Sequence record: NZ_CP139428.1
Origin: a plasmid
DNA: 64,000 bases
Direction: 5' to 3' (one strand)
The notes beneath the pieces were generated by a model. The model had not been told where the DNA came from. It did not search any database and saw only the letters and a list, made by a program, of their open reading frames with translations. A program made the translations under genes and the position numbers. How positions within the stretch are numbered: position 1 is the first letter of the stretch; each line of letters opens with the position of its first letter. This document shows, in pieces, positions 28,304-39,665 of this stretch.

Positions 28304-31135
28304 ATGACGGAAATCTATGTCATTGGCGGCTCGGAGTGGCTGGCGCAGAACCTTAACGCGGTCGCGGCCTTCATGCAGACCGATACCTGGGACTGGATAC
28401 GGAATTTTGCGGTGGCCATCAGCGTGTTGGTGCTGGCTGCGCGGTATACCGCCCGCCGCGATCTGATGGATATCCTGGGCTGGGTGTTTGTGCTGGTGTT
28501 CTCCTCGGCGTTGCTGACCAAGGCGCAGCCGGTGCAAATTATCGACCTGTCCAATCAGCGTTCGATTCAACGGGTGGCCAATGTACCGCTGGGGATTGTG
28601 CTGCCGGCAACCATCATCACCCGCATCGGTTACGCCATGGTACTGGGTTACGAAATGGTGTTCAGCCAGCCGGATGCGGTGACCTACAGCAAGACCGGCA
28701 TGCTGTTCGGCTCCTCACTGGTGTCCCGAAGCACCGACTTCACCGCCCAGAACCCGGAGCTGGCCAACCTGTTTGCCGACTATGTACAGAACTGTGTGGT
28801 GGGCGACATGCTGCTCAATCACAAGTACAGCTTTGAGGAGCTGATGCATTCCGAAGATCCGTATGCGCTGATCTTCCGCCAGCCGAGTCCGCTTCGCGGT
28901 GTGTTCAACAAGGACGGCCGTTTCCAGACCTGTGAAGAAGCCGCGATGCCGCTGAAGAATATGCTGGGCCTGGAAGCGAAAACCGGCAGTCCGACCTACA
29001 GCTATTATGCGCGGCGCATTCTTGGCGGTCGCCCGGATCGCGATCTGCTGTTCGGGCAGCTGCTGGGGAACAGCTACCAGTATTTTTACCAAAACCAAAA
29101 GACGGCCAGCGACATCATCAAGCAGAACATCGTCATGAACGGCCTGCGCAGCGGCATCATGAGCTACTCGGCGCGCAGCGGTGACACCGCGGGCATGCTC
29201 AACATCGCCAGCACGTCGGCCATCGAGAAGCAGCGTCTGTCCCAGGCGACGCTCGGGCAGGTGATGATGCGCTCCTTGCCGCTGCTGCAGGTCATCCTGA
29301 TCGGCATGATGATGGGGATGTTCCCCATTCTGGTGGTGATCGGCATGGTTAACCAGGGCAAGGAAGTGGCCAAAGCCTACGTGTTCGGCTGGCTGTGGGT
29401 GATGAGCTGGCCGCTGTTGTACGCCATTCTCAACAGCGCGATGGCCTTTTACGGCCAGAAGGCCGGCTCGCCCGTGGTGCTGAGCAATCTGTCTACGGTG
29501 AAGCTGAACTACTCCGATCTGGCCAATACCGCCGGCTATATCTCCGGCATGATCCCGTTTATCTCCTGGTATATCGCCAAAGGGCTGGGGCAGGGGCTGA
29601 TGAGCGTCAGCCACAGCATGACCGGCGCCTACCAGAGTTCGGCGGCGTCGGCGGCGATGAGCGTGTCGGATGCCAACTACAGCTTCAACAACATGCAAAC
29701 CGACAACGTGCAGGGAAACACCTGGGATACCAACAGCAGCGTGCGTGCCGGCCAGATGACCGCGCAACTGCCGACCGGTGGTACACAGACCCGCACGGGC
29801 GATGGCAGCAGCGTCTGGGATGCGAGCGGCGCGATGTCCAAACTGCCGGTAGATATCGGCGTGACGAAGCAGATTGCGACCGCGCAGCAGGAAATGGCGC
29901 GGGAAGCCGAGACCCAGGCGCAGACATCCATGCAGGGCTTCAACAGCAATATCAGCAGCGCCTGGACGCAACTGTCGCAGTTTACCGGCCAACGTGGCAG
30001 CAGCGACAGCATGACCCACGGTGCCGACACGGCGCAAAACAGCCAGTCCAGCATCGCGGCGCACAAAATGGCGAGCGCGGTGGAAAGTTATGCCAAGGCC
30101 AACAATGTCAGCAAAGAGCAGGCAACGCAGGAGTTGGCGTCGAGAGCCGTTACTGATACCGCGGGCTTTAATACGCGAGCTGGTGTTTCCGCAAGTGGTG
30201 GATTGAAAGTGTTGGGGAATGGTGTAACGGCAGAAGGATATATGGGCGTAAGTTACGACAAAAGAGGGAGCGACACAGATTCTCATTCTGCTAGTAGCGG
30301 CACGCGTGGCAGTCAGGATGCGCGTCACGACCAGAGCGCCCAGGCCGCTGCTGACTTTAAGGAAGGGATGGACTACCTGACCAGCCAGCGCACCAGTCAG
30401 TCCGGCAGTCATACGGATAACAATGCGGACTCGCGCATTGATCAGCTTTCTTCGTCCTTGTCAGGCGCCAAGAGCAGCTACGAACAATACAGTAGTGCAC
30501 ATACCCGCAGCCAGGAGCTGTCACAGCAGGCTTCTCGTACCGAGAGTCTCAGTGGCGATATGCGCGAGAACCTGAGCCAGCAGTTTGCGCAGTACGTGAT
30601 GGACAAGGCACCAAACGATGCCGGCAACATTTTGACCGGTCAATCGCAGGACGCCGTTGCCGCGCGTCAGTCGCTGGCGCGTGATTTTGTGCGTGAACAG
30701 GTGGCGCCGCAGGTGGATGCACAATATCAGTCCAGCAGCGGTACGCTTGGCGCCGGCATGGGGTCTGTTGGTGGCGGAAGCTCCGGCCAGGATATTCAGG
30801 CTGATTATAACAATCACCAGAGCGCGATTGAAAAAAGAACAGCACAGGCCGGAATACGTAATGATGTAGGGGCTCAGGTTAATGGTATGGTTGATAATAA
30901 CCAAACAGCCCAACAAAAAATTCAGACAGATATTCATAGCCAACAGCAAAATGTTGAAGGGCAGAGAAACGAACTGCAGCAAAATCATTCATCAGCACGA
31001 ACTGCACAAAATTTAAAATATAATCTTGAAAAAGAGAAGCAGGAAGGTATACCAGGTGCAAGTAGTCAAGATGAAATGATGGCACAGGCACAAGCCATGC
31101 AAGATAAATTCAATAAAGAGCGGGGTGGTAAATGA
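28304..31135 (+). CDS. traG: TraG (pilus assembly/mating-pair stabilisation/entry exclusion)
   Basis: 943 aa. Multi-TM N-terminus. Gln/Ser-rich C-terminus. Confidence 0.85.
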   Translation: MTEIYVIGGSEWLAQNLNAVAAFMQTDTWDWIRNFAVAISVLVLAARYTARRDLMDILGWVFVLVFSSALLTKAQPVQIIDLSNQRSIQRVANVPLGIVLPATIITRIGYAMVLGYEMVFSQPDAVTYSKTGMLFGSSLVSRSTDFTAQNPELANLFADYVQNCVVGDMLLNHKYSFEELMHSEDPYALIFRQPSPLRGVFNKDGRFQTCEEAAMPLKNMLGLEAKTGSPTYSYYARRILGGRPDRDLLFGQLLGNSYQYFYQNQKTASDIIKQNIVMNGLRSGIMSYSARSGDTAGMLNIASTSAIEKQRLSQATLGQVMMRSLPLLQVILIGMMMGMFPILVVIGMVNQGKEVAKAYVFGWLWVMSWPLLYAILNSAMAFYGQKAGSPVVLSNLSTVKLNYSDLANTAGYISGMIPFISWYIAKGLGQGLMSVSHSMTGAYQSSAASAAMSVSDANYSFNNMQTDNVQGNTWDTNSSVRAGQMTAQLPTGGTQTRTGDGSSVWDASGAMSKLPVDIGVTKQIATAQQEMAREAETQAQTSMQGFNSNISSAWTQLSQFTGQRGSSDSMTHGADTAQNSQSSIAAHKMASAVESYAKANNVSKEQATQELASRAVTDTAGFNTRAGVSASGGLKVLGNGVTAEGYMGVSYDKRGSDTDSHSASSGTRGSQDARHDQSAQAAADFKEGMDYLTSQRTSQSGSHTDNNADSRIDQLSSSLSGAKSSYEQYSSAHTRSQELSQQASRTESLSGDMRENLSQQFAQYVMDKAPNDAGNILTGQSQDAVAARQSLARDFVREQVAPQVDAQYQSSSGTLGAGMGSVGGGSSGQDIQADYNNHQSAIEKRTAQAGIRNDVGAQVNGMVDNNQTAQQKIQTDIHSQQQNVEGQRNELQQNHSSARTAQNLKYNLEKEKQEGIPGASSQDEMMAQAQAMQDKFNKERGGK

Positions 31136-31662
31136 TGGTTACTCATAAGATAATAAAAGATGAGGCTGCACAGTTGAAAGAACTGATGGATGAACAACTT
31201 GAGATACCATCATTCTTTTCTTGTGTTAAACCTGCAATACTAATGGAAGTCTGGATGGTTTTATGCCCACTGGTTAGTTTCTTTTTGGCTGATCAAAGGG
31301 ATTCGGAATTACTCATTGCAACAGGAATGAGTGCGTTTCTTGGTTTTTTAATATCAGTAAGCATTGTCAATGGACGGAGCTTGTATCTCTCACTACCAGT
31401 TCAATTGAGAGAGAGTTCGCAGGTGTTGGAGTTATTAAGTAAAAAAGTAAAAAGCTACGCGATGGTATTTTTATTACTGGTGCTGATATTATCAGTTTTG
31501 GCGGCGAATAGTGCTTTAGGTTCTATGGCATATATCATACCGCTTATTTTCTTCACAGTAATGATGGTGTTCATTTTTAATATGGATATTGGCCGCTATC
31601 GTCTTTCAGCATTTACCGCCGCTCTGGAGCTTATCAAATCCCGCAAACAGGGAGGTGAGTAA
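31132..31662 (+). CDS. traS: TraS-like entry-exclusion membrane protein
   Basis: 176 aa. 4 TM. Position after traG. Confidence 0.55.
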   Translation: MMVTHKIIKDEAAQLKELMDEQLEIPSFFSCVKPAILMEVWMVLCPLVSFFLADQRDSELLIATGMSAFLGFLISVSIVNGRSLYLSLPVQLRESSQVLELLSKKVKSYAMVFLLLVLILSVLAANSALGSMAYIIPLIFFTVMMVFIFNMDIGRYRLSAFTAALELIKSRKQGGE

Positions 31663-31664
31663 CG

Positions 31665-31874
31665 GTGGCTAAGATCTCTGCCAAAACGCATACCACCACC
31701 CTGCGACTCGATGACGGTACGTTTGGGCGCCTGCAGCGTATGGTGGCTGAGAACCCCCTCTACAGCCCTTCTCATGTGATGCGCGGTGCCCTGCTGGCTC
31801 TCAGTCGATTAACCGACAGTGAACGTGAAGCCTGCATTCTGGCCGTAGCAAAGGGAGGTGTGGATGAGCTTTAA
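31665..31874 (+). CDS. small ribbon-helix-helix-like DNA-binding protein
   Basis: 69 aa. GTG start. Lies where traT normally is. Confidence 0.35.
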   Translation: MAKISAKTHTTTLRLDDGTFGRLQRMVAENPLYSPSHVMRGALLALSRLTDSEREACILAVAKGGVDEL

Positions 31875-34062
31875 CGCTAAGGACATGACGCAGGGCGGGC
31901 AGATCGCCTTTATGCGCCTGCGCATGTTCACGCAGATCGGCAACCTGATTTTCTACTGCCTGTTTATCGCCTTCTTCCTGGTGGCGATTTGCACGCTGTT
32001 GTGGCGCGTGTCCATCCAGAACCTCACGAACGGCCTGATTTATTGGTGGGTCTGGATGGTGGAAGGCTGGCCGAGCATATCGCCGTCAGAGACCCTCTAC
32101 CACCTGGATTATTACGGCAAGACGCTGACCTACACCGCCAAACAGGTGCTGCTCGACAGTTACGTCTCCTACTGCGGTCAGCTGATTTGGCGTGAAGGGA
32201 TCTTTGCCTGCATCGTGGCGGCCGTTGCGTGTGTGACGGGATTCGTGGTCACCGTGTGGATACTTGGCCGTCAGGGCAAGCAACAGAGCGAGGATGAAAT
32301 AACCGGCGGGCGAACACTCACCGATAACCCTGCGGTGGTGGCCAACATGCTCAAACGCGATGGTATGGCGTCCGATATCATTATTGATGGGCTGCCGCTG
32401 CTAAAAAACAGCGAGGTCAAAAACTTCTGCGCCATGGGCAGCGTCGGTACGGGTAAGTCACGGCTGTATCGCAAGCTGATGGACTATGCACGCAAACGCG
32501 GTGACATGGTTATCGTCTACGACAAGTCCTGTGATTTTGTCAAAGACTACTACGATCCGCAGCACGATAAAATCCTCAACCCGCAGGATGCACGCTGCGT
32601 CGGCTGGGATTTATGGTCGGAATGTCTGACACTGCCGGACTTTGAGAACGTCGCCGATATCCTTATCCCCATGGGCAGCAACGAAGATCCGTTCTGGCAG
32701 GGGTCGGCCCGCACCATCTTTGTGGAAGCGGCCTACCGCATGCGCAATGACGAAGACCGCAGCTACGCCAAGTTGCTCAATACGCTGTTGTCCATCGATC
32801 TGCCGCGTCTGCGCGCTTATCTGGAGGGCACGCCGGCGGCCAACCTGGTGGACGGCAAAATCGAGAAGACCGCCATCTCCATTCGCAGCGTGCTGACCAA
32901 CTATGCCAAGGCACTGCGTTACATGCAGGGCGTAGAGAAACTGGGGGCACCGTTCACCATCCGTGACTGGATGCGCGGCGTGAAGGACAACGGCAAAAAC
33001 GGCTGGTTGTTCCTGACCTCCGATTCAGCCAGCCACAAGGCGCTCAAACCGCTGATCTCCATGTGGCTCTCTATCGCCTCACACAGCTTGTTATCAATGG
33101 GCGAGAACCCGGACCGCCGCGTCTGGATTTTTGCCGATGAATTACCCACCCTGCACAAGCTGCCGGACCTGGTGTCCATCGTGCCGGAAGCGCGCAAGTT
33201 CGGCGGATGCTTTGTGTTGGGATTCCAGACCTACTCTCAGCTTGAAGATATTTACGGCGTCAAGGCGGCGGCCACCCTGTTCGGGGTGCTGCGCACTCGA
33301 TTCCTTTTCAGCGTACCGGATCGCGTGGGTGCCGAGTTCGCCGCCGGCGAAGTCGGTGAAAAAGAGTATCGCAAGGCCTCCGAGCAGTTTTCCTACGGGG
33401 CCGACCCCGTCAGGGACGGGGTGTCCGTCGGCAAGGATTTGGAGCGCATGCAACTGGTGAGCTACAGCGACATCCAGACGCTGCCTGATTTGTGCTGCTA
33501 TGTGACGCTGCCGGGGCCGTATCCGGCCGTCAGGCTGCAGATGGTATACAAAAAAGTCAGGCAGGTTGCGCATCCCTATGAACCTCGCAAGATGGATGCC
33601 GCTGCCGATGGGCGGCTTATATCGGCGATCGAAATGCGGGAAGCCGAGACCGGCAATATGGATACCTTGTTCGCTGCTACCCCTATCCTGCCGGCGGCAA
33701 GTGCGAACGAAACCGCTGATGCCCCTGTCGCTACCGTGAGCACAGTGCTGACAGAGACCTCCGTCAGTGATGTGCCTGTCGAGTCAGCTGCTGCCACCGC
33801 GACAGGGGGGCAGGAGGCGGAACTGAAACAGAAACCGGCGCCCGGTGATGATGATGCAGAACGGGGGGAGCTGCCCCCCGGTATCAGTGGCGACGGCGAA
33901 GTGGTGGACATTGCGCAATATGAAGCCTGGCAGGCGCAGCAGCAGGCCATGGGGCAGCAAGCCATGCAGCGCCGGGAAGAGACCAACATCAATATCGACA
34001 GGCATCGGCGCGAACTGGCCGAAGTTCATCATGGGGACAGCGAACCGGGAGATGAATTCTGA
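31858..34062 (+). CDS. traD: TraD type IV coupling protein
   Basis: [15 protein letters not shown]...Walker A GSVGTGKS. Near-collinear with F TraD including the C-terminal PPGISxxGEVVD. Confidence 0.95.
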   Translation: MWMSFNAKDMTQGGQIAFMRLRMFTQIGNLIFYCLFIAFFLVAICTLLWRVSIQNLTNGLIYWWVWMVEGWPSISPSETLYHLDYYGKTLTYTAKQVLLDSYVSYCGQLIWREGIFACIVAAVACVTGFVVTVWILGRQGKQQSEDEITGGRTLTDNPAVVANMLKRDGMASDIIIDGLPLLKNSEVKNFCAMGSVGTGKSRLYRKLMDYARKRGDMVIVYDKSCDFVKDYYDPQHDKILNPQDARCVGWDLWSECLTLPDFENVADILIPMGSNEDPFWQGSARTIFVEAAYRMRNDEDRSYAKLLNTLLSIDLPRLRAYLEGTPAANLVDGKIEKTAISIRSVLTNYAKALRYMQGVEKLGAPFTIRDWMRGVKDNGKNGWLFLTSDSASHKALKPLISMWLSIASHSLLSMGENPDRRVWIFADELPTLHKLPDLVSIVPEARKFGGCFVLGFQTYSQLEDIYGVKAAATLFGVLRTRFLFSVPDRVGAEFAAGEVGEKEYRKASEQFSYGADPVRDGVSVGKDLERMQLVSYSDIQTLPDLCCYVTLPGPYPAVRLQMVYKKVRQVAHPYEPRKMDAAADGRLISAIEMREAETGNMDTLFAATPILPAASANETADAPVATVSTVLTETSVSDVPVESAAATATGGQEAELKQKPAPGDDDAERGELPPGISGDGEVVDIAQYEAWQAQQQAMGQQAMQRREETNINIDRHRRELAEVHHGDSEPGDEF

Positions 34063-37000
34063 TGATGAGCATTGGCCAGGTCGGCCCCGCCGGTAAAGCC
34101 GGCGACTACTACACCCATCAAGACAACTACTACGTGCTGGGCAGCATGGACGAACGCTGGGTGGGCCAGGGCGCGGAAGCCCTGGGCCTGTCTGGCAAGG
34201 TGGACGTTAAAGATTTCGTAGCCGTGCTGGAAGGCAAGTTGCCGGACGGCAGTGACCTGACCCGGATGGTCGGTGGCGAGAATAAGCACCGCCCCGGCTA
34301 TGACCTGACGTTTTCGGCGCCCAAAAGCGTTTCCATCATGGCGATGTTGGGCGGCGATAAACGCCTTATTGCCGCGCATAACCACGCGGTAGAAGTCGCG
34401 GTGCGGGAGGTCGAGAAACTGGCCTCAACCCGCAGCATGACCGAGGGTGTCTCCGAGACCAGGCTGACCGGCAACCTGGTGGTGGCGCTGTTTAACCACG
34501 ATACCTCACGCGACCTTGACCCACAAATGCACACCCATGCAGTGGTGGCCAACGTCACGCAGCATGACGGGAAATGGCAGACGCTGTCCTCAGATACGGT
34601 CGGCAAGACCGGGTTTATCGAGAGCGTGTATGCCAATCAGGTGGCTTTCGGGCAGATATACCGCCATGTGCTGCGTCAGGATACGGAAGCCATGGGGTAT
34701 CAAACCGAGAACGTCGGGCCGCACGGCATGTGGGAGTTTAAAGGTATGGAGAACGTAATTGACGTGTTCTCTAAACGCAACCATGCCATCGACGCCGCCG
34801 CTGGCCCAGATGCCTCACTCAAATCACGCGATATGGCGACGCTCGACACCCGCAAAGCCAAGGTCGCCAGCGATCCGGCTGCCCTGGCGGTCGAGTGGCT
34901 GCAGGAAATGAAGTCCGCCGGCTTTGATGCCAAAGCCTATCTGGCCGAGGCGCAGTCTCGCACGATGGTGACGCAGTCCCCGACGCCGCTGGAGGCGGGG
35001 GGCGACGTGCTTGTCGACCAGGCCGTGGGGCAGGCCATTTCAGCGCTCTCTGACCGGCAGGTCAACTTCACGCACAACCAGGTGGCCAACAAGGCCATCA
35101 GCTACCTCTCCGGGGAGCCGGGCATGCTGGACGCGGTGCGTGACGGCATCGACCGCGCCATCGAACGCGAGCAGCTTATTCCGCTCGACAAGGAGAAGGG
35201 CGTCTTTACCTCCGATATTCATCTGCTCGATGAGCTGAGTGTGGCGCAGCTCAGCCGCACGCACCTTGACGAGAGCGCGGTGGTGATAGGTGCGCCAAAG
35301 TCTGACCCGCGCACCGGAAGCCACCCGGCCTACAGCGATGCCGTGCAGACGCTTGCGCAGCATGCACCGGCGATGGCGGTGTTGTCGGGCATTGGGGGGG
35401 CATCGGTAAACCGTTCCCGCGTGGCGGAAGTGGTGGAGCTGGCGCGTGAGCAGGGCCGCGACGCCACCGTGCTGACCGTTGATCGGCAGTCACAGCAGTA
35501 TCTGCAGCAAAGCGTCCATCTCGATGAAGACCGCGTGGTGACGCGTGCCGCGCTCGGCAGCGAGGCGCTGTTTGCGCCGAACAGCACGCTGGTCGTTGAC
35601 CAGGCAGAGAAATTGACGCTCAAGGAGACCGTGGCGCTGCTGGATGGCGCCGTGCGTAACAACGTGCAGCTGGTGCTGATGGATACCGAAAAGCGCAAGG
35701 GAACGGGCAATGCCCTCGCCGTCATGAAAGAGGCCGGTGTACCCCGCTATCAGTTCAGTGGCTGTCAGGCGGTGGTGGCAGAAGTGGTGAGCGAGCCGGA
35801 CAAGGCGCAACGCTTCGGCCAGCTGGCCAAAGGCGTGGTGCAGGCATTTGTCGAAGACCGGCCGGCGGTGGCACAGGTGAACGGCCCGGCCGACCAGCGG
35901 ATGTTGACGGCCATGATCCGTGACGAGCTGAAAGATGCCGGGCTGCTGGGACGGGAAGAGACCACCGTGACGACGCTGACACCGGTATGGCTGGACAGCA
36001 AAAATCGGGGCGCCATCGATACCTACCGGGAAGGCATGGTGATGGAGCGCTGGGATGCGGAGAGCCGGCAGCGCGAGCGGTTCGTTATCGACCGGGTCGG
36101 TTCGCAAACGCGCAACCTGGTGTTGCGTAACGCCGAGGGTGAAAAGCACACGCTGGCCGTCAAAGAGGTGGACAAGGACTGGTCGTTGTTCCGGGCCGGT
36201 ACGATGGGTGTTGCCGACGGCGAACGCCTGCGGGTGCTGGGTCAGGAAGGACGGGGCAAGGATGCGCTGAAGGCCGGCACGGCGCTGACGGTTGTTCGTG
36301 CCGGCGCCGGCGAGCTGCAGGTGCGCGTGGCCGGCGAGCCGGATGCGACGCAGAAGCCGGCGGACCGAGCGCTTGCGGTCGGCAGCGATGTTTTCAGCGC
36401 CGTCAAGGTGGCGCCGGCGTATGTGGAAAGCCTCGGCGCATCGGTGAGCAGTACGGCGGCGGTCTATGCCGCGGTGAAGAAAAACGAGCTTAACAGCGCC
36501 ACGTTGAGTGGCATTGCCCGCAGTGGCGGACACATCACCCTGTATTCAGCGCTCGATGCGCGCAAGACGCAGGAGAAAGTGGCCCAGCATCCGGCGTACC
36601 GTCTGGCAGGCGAGCAGGTCAAACAACTGGCCGGTGAGGAGGGGCTTGATGCCGCGATCGCCGGGCAAAAATCATCACTGTTTACCCCGGCACAGCAGGC
36701 CATTCATCTGGCCATTCCGACGCTGGAAGGGGATAGCGTCGCGTTTGGTCAGGCCAAACTGCTCGCCGGCAGTCTCGGTTTTGCGGCCAAAGGCGTGTCG
36801 ATGGAGGCCATCCAGACGGAAATCGAGGCGCAGGTCAAACGCGGGGAGCTGCTGAAAGTGGATGTTGCATCCGGCGTCGGGGCGGACTTGCTGGTCTCGC
36901 GCGCCAGCTTCGAGGCGGAGAAAAGCATTATCCGACTGATCGCCGACGGTAAGGACAGCCTGCCGCCGTTGGTAACAACCAGTAGCAAAACCCACAACGA

Positions 37001-39368
37001 GGACGGCCCCGGTCAGCGGGAGGGAAAGGTGGCTCCGTACCTGACCCAGGGACAGCGGCAGGCTGTCGACCTTATTTTAAACACAACCGACCGATTTGTG
37101 GCAATACAGGGCTATGCGGGGGTGGGGAAAACCACCCAGTTCAAGGCGGTGCTCGCCGGGATAGAGCAGTTGCCTGAAAGCGAGCGGCCGCGCGTCGTGG
37201 GGCTGGCGCCAACGCACCGTGCGGTGGGGGAAATGCAGGCGGCCGGCGTCGATGCCCAAACGCTGGCGTCGTTCCTGCACGATGAGGGGCTGAAGGTCGC
37301 CGGCGGCGAGAAACCGGACTACCGCAACACGCTGTTTGTGGTGGATGAGAGTTCGATGGTGGGCAACAGCGACATGGCGCGCACCTACGCGTTGATTGCC
37401 GAGGGCAACGGCCGCGCGGTGATGAGCGGTGACGAAGCCCAGCTGGAAGCGATTGCGCCGGGCGCGCCGTTCCGGCTGGCGCAGGGGCGTAGTGCCATCG
37501 ACATGGCGGTCATGAAAGAGATTGTGCGCCAGACCCCCGAGCTGAAACCGGCGGTGTACAAGATGATTGATAATGATGTGCCCGGCGCGCTGGACGTGGT
37601 GCGCGCCGTGGCGCCGGCCAACGTGCCCCGACAAGCCGATGCCTGGGTGCCGGCGCAGTCGGTCGTTGAATATCCCGCCAAGGGGCCGGATGACATTCAT
37701 GCCGCGATTGTCAGCGATTACCTGGGACGCACCGAGGCGGCCCGGCGCGATACGCTCATTATCACCCACCTTAATGCCGACCGGCACATCATCAATGCCG
37801 GCATTCACCAGGAACGTAAATCGGCGGGCGAGCTGAAGGGGGCGTCCGTCAGTCTGCCCATCCTTGAGAGCGCCAATATTCGTGACGGCGAGCTGCGCAA
37901 GCTGGACACCTGGGCGCGTCACCGGGACGCCGTGGTCCTGCTGGATAACACCTACTACCGGATGGCCGACATCGACAGTCAGTCCCGTACCGTCAGCCTG
38001 CAGGACAGTGAGGGTAATACCCGGCAGTTTTCCCCGGCCAGTGCGGTGCGCGAAGGCGTCACGCTGTACAACCCGCGCACCATCGAGGTGAACGTGGGCG
38101 ACCGCATGCGCTTCTCCAAATCGGACGTCGAACGCGGGCATGTGGCCAACAGCGTCTGGACGGTCGAGGCGATAAAAGGTGACATGGTCACGCTTTCCGA
38201 TGGGCAACAGACCCGTACCGTCAATCCCCGCGAGCAGCAACACGACCGGCACGTCGATTTGGCCTATGCCATCACCGCCCACGGTGCCCAGGGGGCCAGC
38301 GAACGTTTTGCCATCACGCTCGAGGGTGTGGAAGGCGGGCGTGAGCCGCTGGTCAACCGGGCGTCGGCCTATGTGGCGCTCTCGCGCGCCAAGGAGCACG
38401 TGCAGGTGTACACCGATAACGAAGCCGGGTGGCTGAACGCCATCGGCAAGGCGAAGGCGCGCACCACGGCCCATGATGCGGTGCTGGGGATGACGCCGGG
38501 CAGCCAGAAAGCGGCCGCCGACCTCTACGGCAAAGCGGTCCCTTTATCCGACAACGCGCTGGGGCGCGCGGTGCTGCGCGGGAGCCAACTTACCGGCGAC
38601 ACGCTGGCGCACTATGTGTCGCCGGGCAAGAAATACCCGCAGCCCCACGCCATGCTGCCGATGTATGACGCCAACGGCAAACCGGCCGGCGCCTGGCTGG
38701 CACCGCTGGCGGATATCCAGGGGAAAAGCGTTGGCGGACTGCCGACGCAGGGGCGAGTGTTCGGCAGTGACAGCGCGCAGTTCGTGGCGCTGCAGGGGAG
38801 CCGCAACAACGAGACCAGGCTGGCCGGGACGATGCAGGACGGTATCCGGCTGGCGGCACGCTATCCCGACAGTGGCGTGGTGGTACGCCTGCAGGGTGAC
38901 GGCGTGCCGTTCAACCCTCAGGCGATGACCGGTGGCAGGGTGTGGGTGAACGACGAGACGCTCAAGGCCACTGCACGGGAGAGCGTCGCGTCCGACAGTG
39001 TCATCACATTGCCGGAGAGTCCGGAAGAACGCCTGCAGCGTGAACTGCAGACGCAGGCCGACAAACTGGGCCGCGAGAAGACCACCCCTGGCTCGCAGCG
39101 GCTGGCCGGGCTTAACGACGAACAGCTGCGTGCGTTGCTTGCGCGCGGCGAACTGCGCGCCGAGGACGTGAAAGCGCGTCTGCCGGAGGCGGTCATGCGG
39201 GAGGTGATGGGTCAGGATGCGGCACTGCGGGTCGATGCCGCTGTCCGGCAGGTGGCGCGCGAGCCGGTATCAACACGCAGCCGGCTGCAGCAGGACGAAC
39301 AGAATCTGGTGCGCGATACCCATCCCGAGCGGGAACTGAACAAAGAGAAAACCCTGGGCGGCGACTAA
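34062..39368 (+). CDS. traI: TraI relaxase-helicase
   Basis: 1768 aa. TrwC-type relaxase N-terminus (HTHAVVAN) and helicase Walker A GYAGVGKT. Confidence 0.95.
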   Translation: MMSIGQVGPAGKAGDYYTHQDNYYVLGSMDERWVGQGAEALGLSGKVDVKDFVAVLEGKLPDGSDLTRMVGGENKHRPGYDLTFSAPKSVSIMAMLGGDKRLIAAHNHAVEVAVREVEKLASTRSMTEGVSETRLTGNLVVALFNHDTSRDLDPQMHTHAVVANVTQHDGKWQTLSSDTVGKTGFIESVYANQVAFGQIYRHVLRQDTEAMGYQTENVGPHGMWEFKGMENVIDVFSKRNHAIDAAAGPDASLKSRDMATLDTRKAKVASDPAALAVEWLQEMKSAGFDAKAYLAEAQSRTMVTQSPTPLEAGGDVLVDQAVGQAISALSDRQVNFTHNQVANKAISYLSGEPGMLDAVRDGIDRAIEREQLIPLDKEKGVFTSDIHLLDELSVAQLSRTHLDESAVVIGAPKSDPRTGSHPAYSDAVQTLAQHAPAMAVLSGIGGASVNRSRVAEVVELAREQGRDATVLTVDRQSQQYLQQSVHLDEDRVVTRAALGSEALFAPNSTLVVDQAEKLTLKETVALLDGAVRNNVQLVLMDTEKRKGTGNALAVMKEAGVPRYQFSGCQAVVAEVVSEPDKAQRFGQLAKGVVQAFVEDRPAVAQVNGPADQRMLTAMIRDELKDAGLLGREETTVTTLTPVWLDSKNRGAIDTYREGMVMERWDAESRQRERFVIDRVGSQTRNLVLRNAEGEKHTLAVKEVDKDWSLFRAGTMGVADGERLRVLGQEGRGKDALKAGTALTVVRAGAGELQVRVAGEPDATQKPADRALAVGSDVFSAVKVAPAYVESLGASVSSTAAVYAAVKKNELNSATLSGIARSGGHITLYSALDARKTQEKVAQHPAYRLAGEQVKQLAGEEGLDAAIAGQKSSLFTPAQQAIHLAIPTLEGDSVAFGQAKLLAGSLGFAAKGVSMEAIQTEIEAQVKRGELLKVDVASGVGADLLVSRASFEAEKSIIRLIADGKDSLPPLVTTSSKTHNEDGPGQREGKVAPYLTQGQRQAVDLILNTTDRFVAIQGYAGVGKTTQFKAVLAGIEQLPESERPRVVGLAPTHRAVGEMQAAGVDAQTLASFLHDEGLKVAGGEKPDYRNTLFVVDESSMVGNSDMARTYALIAEGNGRAVMSGDEAQLEAIAPGAPFRLAQGRSAIDMAVMKEIVRQTPELKPAVYKMIDNDVPGALDVVRAVAPANVPRQADAWVPAQSVVEYPAKGPDDIHAAIVSDYLGRTEAARRDTLIITHLNADRHIINAGIHQERKSAGELKGASVSLPILESANIRDGELRKLDTWARHRDAVVLLDNTYYRMADIDSQSRTVSLQDSEGNTRQFSPASAVREGVTLYNPRTIEVNVGDRMRFSKSDVERGHVANSVWTVEAIKGDMVTLSDGQQTRTVNPREQQHDRHVDLAYAITAHGAQGASERFAITLEGVEGGREPLVNRASAYVALSRAKEHVQVYTDNEAGWLNAIGKAKARTTAHDAVLGMTPGSQKAAADLYGKAVPLSDNALGRAVLRGSQLTGDTLAHYVSPGKKYPQPHAMLPMYDANGKPAGAWLAPLADIQGKSVGGLPTQGRVFGSDSAQFVALQGSRNNETRLAGTMQDGIRLAARYPDSGVVVRLQGDGVPFNPQAMTGGRVWVNDETLKATARESVASDSVITLPESPEERLQRELQTQADKLGREKTTPGSQRLAGLNDEQLRALLARGELRAEDVKARLPEAVMREVMGQDAALRVDAAVRQVAREPVSTRSRLQQDEQNLVRDTHPERELNKEKTLGGD

Positions 39369-39446
39369 CGCGCTGCGCTTGTCCAACGCCGTGCGAGACA
39401 GGTGACGAGCCCCTGTCCCGCACGGCATTACCTAAAGGAAGCACGG

Positions 39447-39665
39447 ATGAACACAACTCAAAACGTATCAACGACGCAGGGCGTCTTGTTAACCACTGCG
39501 GTCTTGCTGTCCGGGGCCGCGACGCTATGGGGATATGTGCAGTGGGACGTGCTGAGCGACCTGCCGCTGTATTGGCGCAATGCGCTTGTCCCGTTGCCGC
39601 TGCTGGTCTTCATGAGCTTGAAGCACCTGCAGGCGCGGCTGAACAGGGCGGACAAGCATGAGTAA
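39447..39665 (+). CDS. small membrane protein
   Basis: AAAGGAAG RBS. Starts MNTTQNV. Confidence 0.4.
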   Translation: MNTTQNVSTTQGVLLTTAVLLSGAATLWGYVQWDVLSDLPLYWRNALVPLPLLVFMSLKHLQARLNRADKHE